Origin: Patescibacteria group bacterium
Lineage (GTDB): Bacteria > Patescibacteriota > Patescibacteriia > Patescibacteriales > UBA12465
Length of the DNA stretch: 64,000 bases
Direction of reading: 5' to 3'
Assembly (NCBI GenBank): GCA_050949505.1
Contig: JBMNFV010000001.1
Location: 509,644-573,643, forward strand
The notes beneath the pieces are model-generated. The model was not told the origin of the DNA. It saw nothing but the letters and a program-made list of their open reading frames with translations, and made no database searches. Shown in pieces: positions 54,072 through 62,413 of the stretch (position 1 is its first letter; every line of letters begins with the position of its first letter). The translations under genes and the position numbers were made by a program.

Positions 54072-55172
54072 TTATTTAGTCTGTCTTAAATCAGTAATTA
54101 GCTTTTGATAGGCCTCTAGATTATTAAGGCTGGCTAATCTTTGCCCCAAGGGTTCCTGGAGTTTAAATAAGTGATGAAGAAAGGCTAGGTGATTATTCCT
54201 TAATTCTGGTAGCTGACTAAGAGGATTAATGGCTTGAAAATTCTTTTTAAACCTAGTGTTAGAGATGTTAATGGTTTTTAGGCGCTGCTGGCTGGGCAGG
54301 AATAGTCTGCCATGACGCCCTTCTCTAGTGGGAATAACACAGTCAAACAAGTCCCAACCTAGTTTAGCAGAACGCTTAATATCTGCTAGCGTCCCTATTC
54401 CCAGGGCAAACCGAAGCGACTCTTGGGGAATTAGCTTAGCGGTTTCTTTTAGCATCTTGCTCATAAATTTCCCCGTAGTATCTATTGGACTACCCCCAAA
54501 GCCATAACCCGCAAAGCCTAACTTGACCAGCTCGGTGGCACAATATTTTCGCAAGACTAGGTTCTCTCCCCCTTGAATTACTGCAAACAAGAGGGGGCGC
54601 TGGAGACCAGTTAGCCCTCGGGCCACTATTTGCCTTTCATACTCCAACTTAGATCGCTTTGCCCAAGCGATCGTTCTGTCAACTGATCGCTTTAAATCTG
54701 CCTCACTAAAATCGTTAGCAGGACAGTCATCTAAGCAAATCATCGCATCAACCCCTAGGTCAAACTGAATTTGAATAGACTTCTCCGGACTAATTTCATG
54801 CCGTGAACCATCCAGCGGTGACTTAAAAATTGCTCCTTGGTCACTTACCTCTCCTAGTTGGGCCTGACTATGTATTAAGGAAAAAATTTGAAAACCCCCC
54901 GAGTCTGAAATTAGTACTCCCGGCCAATTCATAAAGCGATGAATTCCTCCCGCTCGTTTTATTACCTCTAGGCCAGGCTGAAGATAGAGGTGAAAAGTAT
55001 TAACTACCAGTGCTTCAGTGCCTGTCGTCTTAATTTCTTTAGTAGTTAATAGCTTTAAAAAGCCTCGGGTGGCATCAGGGAGGTAGAGCGGGGTTTTAAT
55101 TTGGCCATGGGCAGTTTTTAATTTTCCCTGACGAATTCCCGCTTCAGTTTCTTTTAATAGTTTAAAGCTCAT
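54072..55172 (-). CDS. tgt: tRNA-guanine transglycosylase-like protein lacking the structural Zn site
   Basis: ISDSGGFQIFS, ICLDDCP and GWDLFDCVIPTREGRHGRLF are conserved. The Zn-ligand positions CxCxxC...H read S319, L321, L324 and N350. Confidence 0.8.
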   Translation of the reverse strand: MSFKLLKETEAGIRQGKLKTAHGQIKTPLYLPDATRGFLKLLTTKEIKTTGTEALVVNTFHLYLQPGLEVIKRAGGIHRFMNWPGVLISDSGGFQIFSLIHSQAQLGEVSDQGAIFKSPLDGSRHEISPEKSIQIQFDLGVDAMICLDDCPANDFSEADLKRSVDRTIAWAKRSKLEYERQIVARGLTGLQRPLLFAVIQGGENLVLRKYCATELVKLGFAGYGFGGSPIDTTGKFMSKMLKETAKLIPQESLRFALGIGTLADIKRSAKLGWDLFDCVIPTREGRHGRLFLPSQQRLKTINISNTRFKKNFQAINPLSQLPELRNNHLAFLHHLFKLQEPLGQRLASLNNLEAYQKLITDLRQTK

Positions 55173-55174
55173 AT

Positions 55175-57151
55175 TTAAGGTTTTATCTGCCCCGTATTAT
55201 TCATCGCTGCTATATCATCATCCTCTAATTTAGTAGTTTTAACGGCAGTCTTTTTTCTAATTAGACCATTAGTCTCCGTGTCATTAGCTTCAATAATTGC
55301 CCCTGGGGAGATAACTAAAATTTTATCAACATCACTATCACTTGGTCTTAAGCTTAAATCAAATTCGGCATCGGCTCGATAAACTGAAACTGGCAAACGG
55401 CCAATCTCCCAAATAACTTGATGCTTGTCTTCATTGTAGCTTAGGCTGCCTACATTGGTATTTAAACGATCTCCCAGATTAATGTAACTAGGCAAAGCTA
55501 AACTTACCTGGGTACCACTTAGCTCATGAAGATTGTTTTTCACTGACCAATAAACTCTGACCGTACTTAGCTCCCCGACCTTAGGTGGCAAGGGGCCAGT
55601 GCCGACTGGTAAGTTATCATCATTGAAATAAAGGATTCGCTCACTTAAAGTAAGGTCGCTATTAAATGGACTAATAATAACATTGCTCTTATTACTCTCC
55701 CCTAAGCTCTCCTTGTTATTAACCCCATACTGAGCATAGGCACTAACTTCGGTGCTTTTCCCTAAATCAAAGTCCTTAAACTCTAAAGTCTTTATAGAAA
55801 AATCTATCTTCCCTTCTTTACCTGATTTAATTTCAGCTAACTCTGGTAATTCTTGTTTAGTCCACATAATCGTCTTTCCCTTAATCTCTCCGGCTGTCGC
55901 CAATTTAAGACTACCGAAGTCTAGAAAATCTCCTTTTAGGGATACTAAAATAACTACGTCTTTAAAACTAGCTTCACCTTGATTATTATAACTAACTGAA
56001 TAGTTTAAGGTTTCTCCAAAATTAATTGCCTGGTCAGACTTGTTGTCATTAAGGGTGATGGTTAAATTAAGGTCACTCTTAACCAACTCTGGTTGAAAAG
56101 ATTTTTCCCAGAAGACATAAGATTGGCCATCCTCAAGTTTCTTTTCCAACCTTACCTTGATTTCCGAATTATTTACCTGAGTCTTAATTTGATAATCAAT
56201 TATAATCGCTTGACGCTTAACCGCCTCAGTTAACTGGCTAATTTGCCAATTATTACCAGTGCCCTTGCTAAGCTGAAAAGATTCCTCAGACTGGTCTTTG
56301 AATTGGTCTAGATTAATACTAACATCACTTTCCTCCGGCAAAGAAAAACTTAAATTTAAATCTCCTAAATTATTATTCTTCACTTCCGATAACCACAAGA
56401 TAATCTGGTTGTCTTGGCCAATAAATGAGGTGCGACTATATTCTAAGTCCGCCTTAAATCCAAAGTCACTTAAAACCGTTGTCGTGATTGCTTCTTTTTT
56501 AAATTGGGCGGAGTAGTCAGCCGGTGAATAGCTTAAACGACTAGTCGCAACATTAACTGACTCTGGCTTGTTAATTAGCCTGCCCATGATCACTAGTTGC
56601 CCCTCTCCATTGGGCCCAATATCTGGCAGATTCCAACCATAGTCTCCATTTTGTGGCTCAAGGGAAAAGTCTGAGATAATAAAATTATCAGGATACTGCA
56701 ATTCTAAATAGACCTGACTTAAGGTGGTGCGATTAGGATTACGGTATTTTATTTCATAAGAAAATTCTTCTCCCACCGCCACTGTTTCGGGAGCGATCAT
56801 CTCTAGTTTTAAGGCCTCATAGTCATTATCAGTGCTTAAATAAATATAAGCGAAATAAGCGGCAATTGCTAAAAGAGCTACCACTAAGAGCTTTCTAAAA
56901 ATTCTAACTAAAAATATTTGGCGCTTTTTTATTTTCATTTTTTTCACATCTATTAAGCTGCCTTGCTTGTCTTTGTAAATTTCCGTTAAGTTATCATCAA
57001 TCTCCTGACCTCGCGCCTCTTTATGGATAACTCGCTCAAAGCTGGAGACCTCCTGATCATTGGGGACCGGTCTTTCTATAAACGCTGATAAGCCGGAAGT
57101 TTTTTCCCGCTCTACCCGAAGAATTTTTTTTACCTTTTTTTTCTCTGCCAT
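55175..57151 (-). CDS. single-pass membrane protein with repeated beta-rich extracellular modules, 'GTGPLPP' family
   Basis: TM segment LLVVALLAIAAYFAYIYL. The C-terminal LPVGTGPLPPKVGELSTVRVYWSVKN...VIWEIGRL is homologous to 23743-24816. Confidence 0.8.
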   Translation of the reverse strand: MAEKKKVKKILRVEREKTSGLSAFIERPVPNDQEVSSFERVIHKEARGQEIDDNLTEIYKDKQGSLIDVKKMKIKKRQIFLVRIFRKLLVVALLAIAAYFAYIYLSTDNDYEALKLEMIAPETVAVGEEFSYEIKYRNPNRTTLSQVYLELQYPDNFIISDFSLEPQNGDYGWNLPDIGPNGEGQLVIMGRLINKPESVNVATSRLSYSPADYSAQFKKEAITTTVLSDFGFKADLEYSRTSFIGQDNQIILWLSEVKNNNLGDLNLSFSLPEESDVSINLDQFKDQSEESFQLSKGTGNNWQISQLTEAVKRQAIIIDYQIKTQVNNSEIKVRLEKKLEDGQSYVFWEKSFQPELVKSDLNLTITLNDNKSDQAINFGETLNYSVSYNNQGEASFKDVVILVSLKGDFLDFGSLKLATAGEIKGKTIMWTKQELPELAEIKSGKEGKIDFSIKTLEFKDFDLGKSTEVSAYAQYGVNNKESLGESNKSNVIISPFNSDLTLSERILYFNDDNLPVGTGPLPPKVGELSTVRVYWSVKNNLHELSGTQVSLALPSYINLGDRLNTNVGSLSYNEDKHQVIWEIGRLPVSVYRADAEFDLSLRPSDSDVDKILVISPGAIIEANDTETNGLIRKKTAVKTTKLEDDDIAAMNNTGQIKP

Positions 57152-57169
57152 ATTATTAAGGCCTAATAA

Positions 57170-59698
57170 TTAATAAATTAATGCTGACCAATATTCGTCT
57201 TGATTTAAAATTGTCTCAATTTTCCACTGACTAGTTTGAGCAGCTTCTGGATAAGACCATAACACTTTTCTATCTTTAGGAAAATTAATCTGAGCGGAAA
57301 AACTGCTAGGCTTGGCTCCTGCTTGTTTTTGTAACAATAAGCTATGGCGATATCTAGTCTCTGATAGTTTAAATAATTTACTCAAATAAGCCAATGACTC
57401 TCCTTGAGGAGCAACTTGCTCCCAAATATTAATTGGTAGTTGATACTTTAAAACAATCTCGGCTGTCTCTCCTGGTTTTAACAATACCCAATTAGCAAAG
57501 ACGGTTTTGCCACTGTCTTCATAGGTTAAGGTTTGGCTAAGAGCGTCTCTAGTCGCCTCTCGCTCTTTAGCTAACTCAGCTAATTGCTCCCAATGACTCT
57601 CCGGTTTTTTTTGTAAAAATTCTTCAGCCGGAGCATTAAAGCCGGTGGCAGAAATTAGCTGACTACCTAAGGGCACATAGACTCTTAGCCAGTCATTATT
57701 CTGTGCCCCGGTAAAGGGCTCACCTTTTAGTCCTTGGTGCGTTCTAGTTATTTTCAAAGTATTGATAATCTCTCCCGAAGGAGCAATGTCGCTACTTAAC
57801 TCTAGATCTTCTACAATGACCTGATCGGTTTTTTGGCCAGCAATATTGGTATGAATAACTGCTAAATAGTCCCCAGGGGTTTCCTTAATTTCCCCACTCA
57901 AATTGTAGCGAGAAGCTTCACTTTGCAAGTCCTGGTTAGAGAAATAGAATAATATTTGCTTAGAACTTAACTCTTGCTGAAGTAGGCTTAATATCTTTGG
58001 CCAAGAGTCTTGATTAATCTTTTCTGGCAAGACTTCTAGAATTCTTACCATTAAGTCACCAATAATTTTCTTAGGCTTGTTATCTGTATTTTGCTCTAAA
58101 TCTTGCTCTAGGGGAATACTGGACTCTATCGCTTCCTGATAATTCGTCAAGTTGCTAACTAACTCTGGAAACTCAGCGACTATATTATCTCTCTCTACCA
58201 TAAGCTGCAGCATCATTTGAAAATTATCACTGGTTATCTTTAGGTCATATTCCGGCAAATCAATCGGACCAGTGATCGTTAGCAGGTCAATAACTACTTG
58301 GGGGGTAAAGCTAATAACCCCATCTACCGTGGGCCCGCCACTTTTCTCATAAAACCACTGTAAGTGTTGAGCAGTCTTAGGCCAGTCAGGCCACCAGTTA
58401 GCATCCCAAAAATACCAACGAGGATTAATTACCCATAAGGGCTCTGGGGCCACTACCTGGACTTGCAGACCCCCTTCTAAGTCATAAGCTCCGCCACCCG
58501 GCACTTCTAAATTCTTTATCTCTCCCTGCTTTAAGTCTAGCAAGGCGTAGCTACCAATAAAACCGCCACTCGCTCGTATTTCCGCATTGTTTTGAAAGAT
58601 TAATAAATAGCGCTGATCGGTATCCCGACCTAAAATAGTTTGAATATTTTCAACTGATGATAATAGGGCCTTAAAGTTATTGCTAAAAAACACCAACTGT
58701 TCCTTAAGTTCAATAAACTTGACTTGGTGCTCTGTCGGTAAATTCTTTAATTTAATCTTGGCTAACTCTAATGACAACTGCTCCGCTTTTATTAAAGCTT
58801 CTTGAGCTAAACTACTAAAATTAGTTAAGCGGGTAGATAAATTTTGCTCAGCCACTGACGGCGATAACCAGGCATCGGTCGCTAAAGAAATGTCCTTAGC
58901 TAGCGCCGTAGCGGTTATTCCCGCGGCTAAAAGCTTCTTGCTCTCACTAGCTAACCTAAGTTTAGGATTATTAGACAAACTCGCTAGGGTTAAGATGACT
59001 TGACTAACTGACTCCAGCTCTGTCTGAGCCTGAGCCAAATAGTCGGTCGCTAAAGAAAAGTCTTGTCCCGCTTGCTGGAAATCCGCTAAAGAAATTTCCT
59101 GCTCCGCTGCTTTTAAACTACTAAAGGCTCCTTGTATCTTTTCTGAAATATTGTTTTCTAGCTCCCGAAAGTTTAAGACCTGCCAGCCTGACAAAGCCTT
59201 AAGTGGCAAGATAATTAAAATTAAAATAGAGATAAAACCAAGCAGTGAGCGGTAAACTAATAACTTGCTTTTTAACCTACTAAGCCCTCGTTCTTCCTGG
59301 GCCTGTCTTTTTCGTTTGGACTTTAGTCGCTTGGCACTATTTTCTAAAATTGGTGACCAACGACTAAGTCGTTTTTGGTAAATTTTTAGCCAACGATTTT
59401 TGGATTGTTTAGTTTTCTTTTTAAATAAACTCTTTGGCCACTTAAACTTTAAGCCTGAGCGCTTAGTGGGACCAATCTTTAGCCAGCTGCTTGAGCGCTT
59501 ATTTCTCTTGCCGGGCCAAAATTTAAAACTAGTCTTTACCTTAGATCGCTTAGGAATACTAATTTTTAGCCTTTTATCTTTCTGACTAGTCTTTTTAGAC
59601 CAGACCTCGGCAACTGGCTGTCGTAAATCTACTACAAAGCTAGAACTCTGGTCCCGTCGTAAAAATGCCCTATTAGTTGTTTGTCTTTTTTTATTCAT
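57170..59698 (-). CDS. DUF4012 domain membrane-anchored protein (second copy)
   Basis: Basic N-terminal tail and a TM segment. QNNAEIRASGGFIGSYALLDL and WYFWDANWWPDWP. The ATG at 59698 overlaps the upstream stop (ATGAATAA). Confidence 0.85.
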   Translation of the reverse strand: MNKKRQTTNRAFLRRDQSSSFVVDLRQPVAEVWSKKTSQKDKRLKISIPKRSKVKTSFKFWPGKRNKRSSSWLKIGPTKRSGLKFKWPKSLFKKKTKQSKNRWLKIYQKRLSRWSPILENSAKRLKSKRKRQAQEERGLSRLKSKLLVYRSLLGFISILILIILPLKALSGWQVLNFRELENNISEKIQGAFSSLKAAEQEISLADFQQAGQDFSLATDYLAQAQTELESVSQVILTLASLSNNPKLRLASESKKLLAAGITATALAKDISLATDAWLSPSVAEQNLSTRLTNFSSLAQEALIKAEQLSLELAKIKLKNLPTEHQVKFIELKEQLVFFSNNFKALLSSVENIQTILGRDTDQRYLLIFQNNAEIRASGGFIGSYALLDLKQGEIKNLEVPGGGAYDLEGGLQVQVVAPEPLWVINPRWYFWDANWWPDWPKTAQHLQWFYEKSGGPTVDGVISFTPQVVIDLLTITGPIDLPEYDLKITSDNFQMMLQLMVERDNIVAEFPELVSNLTNYQEAIESSIPLEQDLEQNTDNKPKKIIGDLMVRILEVLPEKINQDSWPKILSLLQQELSSKQILFYFSNQDLQSEASRYNLSGEIKETPGDYLAVIHTNIAGQKTDQVIVEDLELSSDIAPSGEIINTLKITRTHQGLKGEPFTGAQNNDWLRVYVPLGSQLISATGFNAPAEEFLQKKPESHWEQLAELAKEREATRDALSQTLTYEDSGKTVFANWVLLKPGETAEIVLKYQLPINIWEQVAPQGESLAYLSKLFKLSETRYRHSLLLQKQAGAKPSSFSAQINFPKDRKVLWSYPEAAQTSQWKIETILNQDEYWSALIY

Positions 59699-60887
59699 GA
59701 ATAACTGATAGATAAATTTGCCAAGTATCCATCGCACAGCGCTGCCAATCATACTTCGCCACCTGCTTTAAACCGCGCTTTTGCAATTCTTGGCGCTCGG
59801 CTTCATTATGAAAAATAGCTAACATCTTTTTAACTGACTCTTCTTGGTTGCTGGGGTTAAAATAGACAGCCGCTTCCCCTAGTACTTCGGGGAGAGAGCC
59901 CTGGTCAGAACTAAGCACCGGACACTGATAAGCCATCGCTTCTAAAGGAGGCAGGCCAAAGCCCTCATAAAGTGAGGGGAAAATAAATACTCTGGCCGCT
60001 TGATATAAGCTAGCTAATTGAGCATCACTTACCTGCCCTAAAAATACCACTGGATTATTCTCGGCTCCCTTTTTCCAGAGACCTAAAGACTCTGCCTGCC
60101 TACTTAGTCGTTGATAGAAATAATCACTCTTGCCCACTAGCGCTAACTGGGCCTGCGGCTCTGCTGCTAAAAATAGTTTAAAAATTTCTAACAAAGTCTC
60201 TAGATTTTTATGGGGATAAGCGCTCCCTACATACAAGAAGAATGGCTTGTTTAATAATTTAAATATAGCTAAATTTTCTGCTGCCGATTGTTGAAAAAAC
60301 TTAGTGCCATCTTTGTCTAAGTCTGCCACTCCCTCGTGGGTAACTTTAATTTTCTCCGCTGGAGCGGAAAATTTCTTAATTAAATCCTGTTTGGTAAATT
60401 CTGATACCGCAATGATTACCCGCGCTCGTCTAATTGCCGTTTTAATTACCAAGCGATAGGCTAAATTTTTGAAATAATATTTTATCGGCGACAAGGTACT
60501 AGCTCGCGGTGAGGGGAAATAGGTTAGAATTAAATCATGGATGGTAACAATGAACTTGGTTGGCGTTAAAATTGGCACATTAAAGTGCGGGAAATGAATT
60601 AGGTCTAAGCGTGCTCGCCAAATTAGCCAAGGCAATATTAATTGTTCTTGCCAAGAGTACCAAGGCACTCGCCAGAGTACTTTTTTTACTAAAGGCGAAG
60701 GACAGTGATAGTCAGCAAAGTTATCAGGACTTAAAAAGACCAGAAACTCTATTTCCGTCTGAGTAGTTTTTTTGTTTTCCTGCTCTTTAATGTTAATGGC
60801 AATCACCCTATCTACCACTTCTTGAACATATCTTCCTAAACCCTTACCACTGGGACCATAAAAGCGAGCATCTATTCCTATGCGCAT
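59691..60887 (-). CDS. glycosyltransferase family 4 (GT-B)
   Basis: MRIGIDARFYGPSGKGLGRYVQEVV, with C-terminal PSLYEGFGLPPLEAMA. Confidence 0.85.
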   Translation of the reverse strand: MRIGIDARFYGPSGKGLGRYVQEVVDRVIAINIKEQENKKTTQTEIEFLVFLSPDNFADYHCPSPLVKKVLWRVPWYSWQEQLILPWLIWRARLDLIHFPHFNVPILTPTKFIVTIHDLILTYFPSPRASTLSPIKYYFKNLAYRLVIKTAIRRARVIIAVSEFTKQDLIKKFSAPAEKIKVTHEGVADLDKDGTKFFQQSAAENLAIFKLLNKPFFLYVGSAYPHKNLETLLEIFKLFLAAEPQAQLALVGKSDYFYQRLSRQAESLGLWKKGAENNPVVFLGQVSDAQLASLYQAARVFIFPSLYEGFGLPPLEAMAYQCPVLSSDQGSLPEVLGEAAVYFNPSNQEESVKKMLAIFHNEAERQELQKRGLKQVAKYDWQRCAMDTWQIYLSVIHE

Positions 60888-60889
60888 AG

Positions 60890-62311
60890 TTATACAAATG
60901 GTAAATTATCAGGCGCTCCTTGATTATCTGACTGTTGGCTTGGCTGCTGTTTAAAATCTTCCTCTTTAACTAATAAGTCACTAGTAAAGTCGGGAGTAAT
61001 GGTCTTAGTTAAGTCAGGAATTGGCAGTGAAGAAGGAGCATCTGCCTTTCTCCCGGGCACCTTTTGAATCATCGCTGACTTAACATTAGCTTCAACTGGG
61101 AAGTGCCACAAGGTTGCTAGTTCTTCTATGTTTAGCAGGTAGGGCTCTCGACCACAATTGGAGCGATTAATATAGTTATTAAAAATATTTCGCTTTTTTC
61201 TAGCCAAACGTCTAGCTTTATTAAAATAGACTGCCTTAGTCATGGTTCTTTTAAGGTCTGGTTTAAAGCTATTTAAATCTAGAGAAATAAATTGCTTAAT
61301 GTAGCCAACAAAACCATTAACTACCTTAGCCTTATTCATCACTTCTTTGCGAGCAACGTAAATAATCCTAATTTTAGCATTAAAGCCCATCTTAGTTGAC
61401 TTCTGATGGATGCCCTCTAACTGTCTCGCTTCTACTGGCGTTAAGTCAAACATTGTCTTGCTCGTATCTGGATCCTTGTTAGGTTGGGCATCTTGCCAAA
61501 TAGGAAAAATGACCTCGCTTAAATCTCCAACCCAGCCCAAGAGACGCAAAAAGAGTGAAGGTTTAGCTTTTTTCTTTCTTCCCAAAATTTTATTCATCTG
61601 GTCCTGCGAGCCTTTAACCCAATCAAAGCCCGTGGGAGTCACTATCATTTGAAACCAGAATTGCTCTCCTTGTCGTAAGGTGCTACATAGATCCATAAGC
61701 AAGGCCATCGGGTCTTTAAATTGAGTTTCTAGGGGGCCTGATTTGTATTCAAATTCTGGATAGGTCTTGATCGGAATGTACCAAGGATTTTGTAAGATAA
61801 ATTCTGAACCAAAGATATCCCAATCACTATCTGGATAACTAGGGGGAACCGTATTTACATAGTCATCTACTTCAGAAATTTCCGCATCTGGATATTGAGA
61901 ATAAACAGAAGATTCAATTAGATTTCTATATTCGGCTGGCGTTCTGATTAAAAATTGCGTATAACCCTCTAAACTAACTATCTCATAACTAAATGATTTT
62001 TGATATTCACCTGCTATCCACTTTTCATAGAAATTTTGCGAACCATGCGCTCCTCCCAGATAGGTGAACATATTCTCTACTGCTTTAGGAGTTTGCTCAT
62101 TCCCCTTAGGAATGTCTATCGCTAGTAGTATCCATTTGTGACCCTCACTCCATTTACGGCGAATATAATAAAGCCAAACATCACGGGCCCCAATTAAAAA
62201 AACTATCCCAAAAGCAATCCAGCCATAGTTGCTTAACAATAGCCAAATTGCCTCAGCTGGGGGTAGCTGGATAAAATCTTGAAACGGAGTCCAATCAAAG
62301 ACAATATTCAT
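60890..62311 (-). CDS. membrane protein homologous to the N-terminal domain of the 831-aa VirD4/TraD-like ATPase (no ATPase domain)
   Basis: Shared blocks: FSYEIVSLEG...YSQYPDAEISEVDDY vs FSFEIVANQQ...QAYYPEAVIEPIEDY; IPIKTYPEFE vs FPLKTYQKME; LNIEELATLWHFP vs LNSEELASIFHFP. Confidence 0.8.
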   Translation of the reverse strand: MNIVFDWTPFQDFIQLPPAEAIWLLLSNYGWIAFGIVFLIGARDVWLYYIRRKWSEGHKWILLAIDIPKGNEQTPKAVENMFTYLGGAHGSQNFYEKWIAGEYQKSFSYEIVSLEGYTQFLIRTPAEYRNLIESSVYSQYPDAEISEVDDYVNTVPPSYPDSDWDIFGSEFILQNPWYIPIKTYPEFEYKSGPLETQFKDPMALLMDLCSTLRQGEQFWFQMIVTPTGFDWVKGSQDQMNKILGRKKKAKPSLFLRLLGWVGDLSEVIFPIWQDAQPNKDPDTSKTMFDLTPVEARQLEGIHQKSTKMGFNAKIRIIYVARKEVMNKAKVVNGFVGYIKQFISLDLNSFKPDLKRTMTKAVYFNKARRLARKKRNIFNNYINRSNCGREPYLLNIEELATLWHFPVEANVKSAMIQKVPGRKADAPSSLPIPDLTKTITPDFTSDLLVKEEDFKQQPSQQSDNQGAPDNLPFV

Positions 62312-62350
62312 AAAAATTTTATATAAACTGCTTTTATTTTAGCACATTTT

Positions 62351-62390
62351 TATAAAAATAAAAACCCAATCACTAGTGATTGGGTTTTAT
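62351..62390 (-). terminator. intrinsic terminator after 62414-63454
   Basis: aacccaatcac(62363-62373) / gtgattgggtt(62377-62387), followed on the minus strand by TTTTTATTTTT. Confidence 0.7.
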
Positions 62391-62413
62391 CTAAATAATT
62401 TACTAATTACTGC

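Noticed and set aside
37641-61652. Further nested antisense ORFs (37641-37841, 38435-38677, 44072-44305, 47806-47997, 49147-49413, 49584-49883, 53418-53657, 55752-55982, 56298-56516, 59400-59585, 61410-61652; also 18766-18948 in gltX)
   Set aside because: Same reasoning: they are nested opposite confident genes (nusG, gap, tsf, rpsB, etc.) and have no independent signals.
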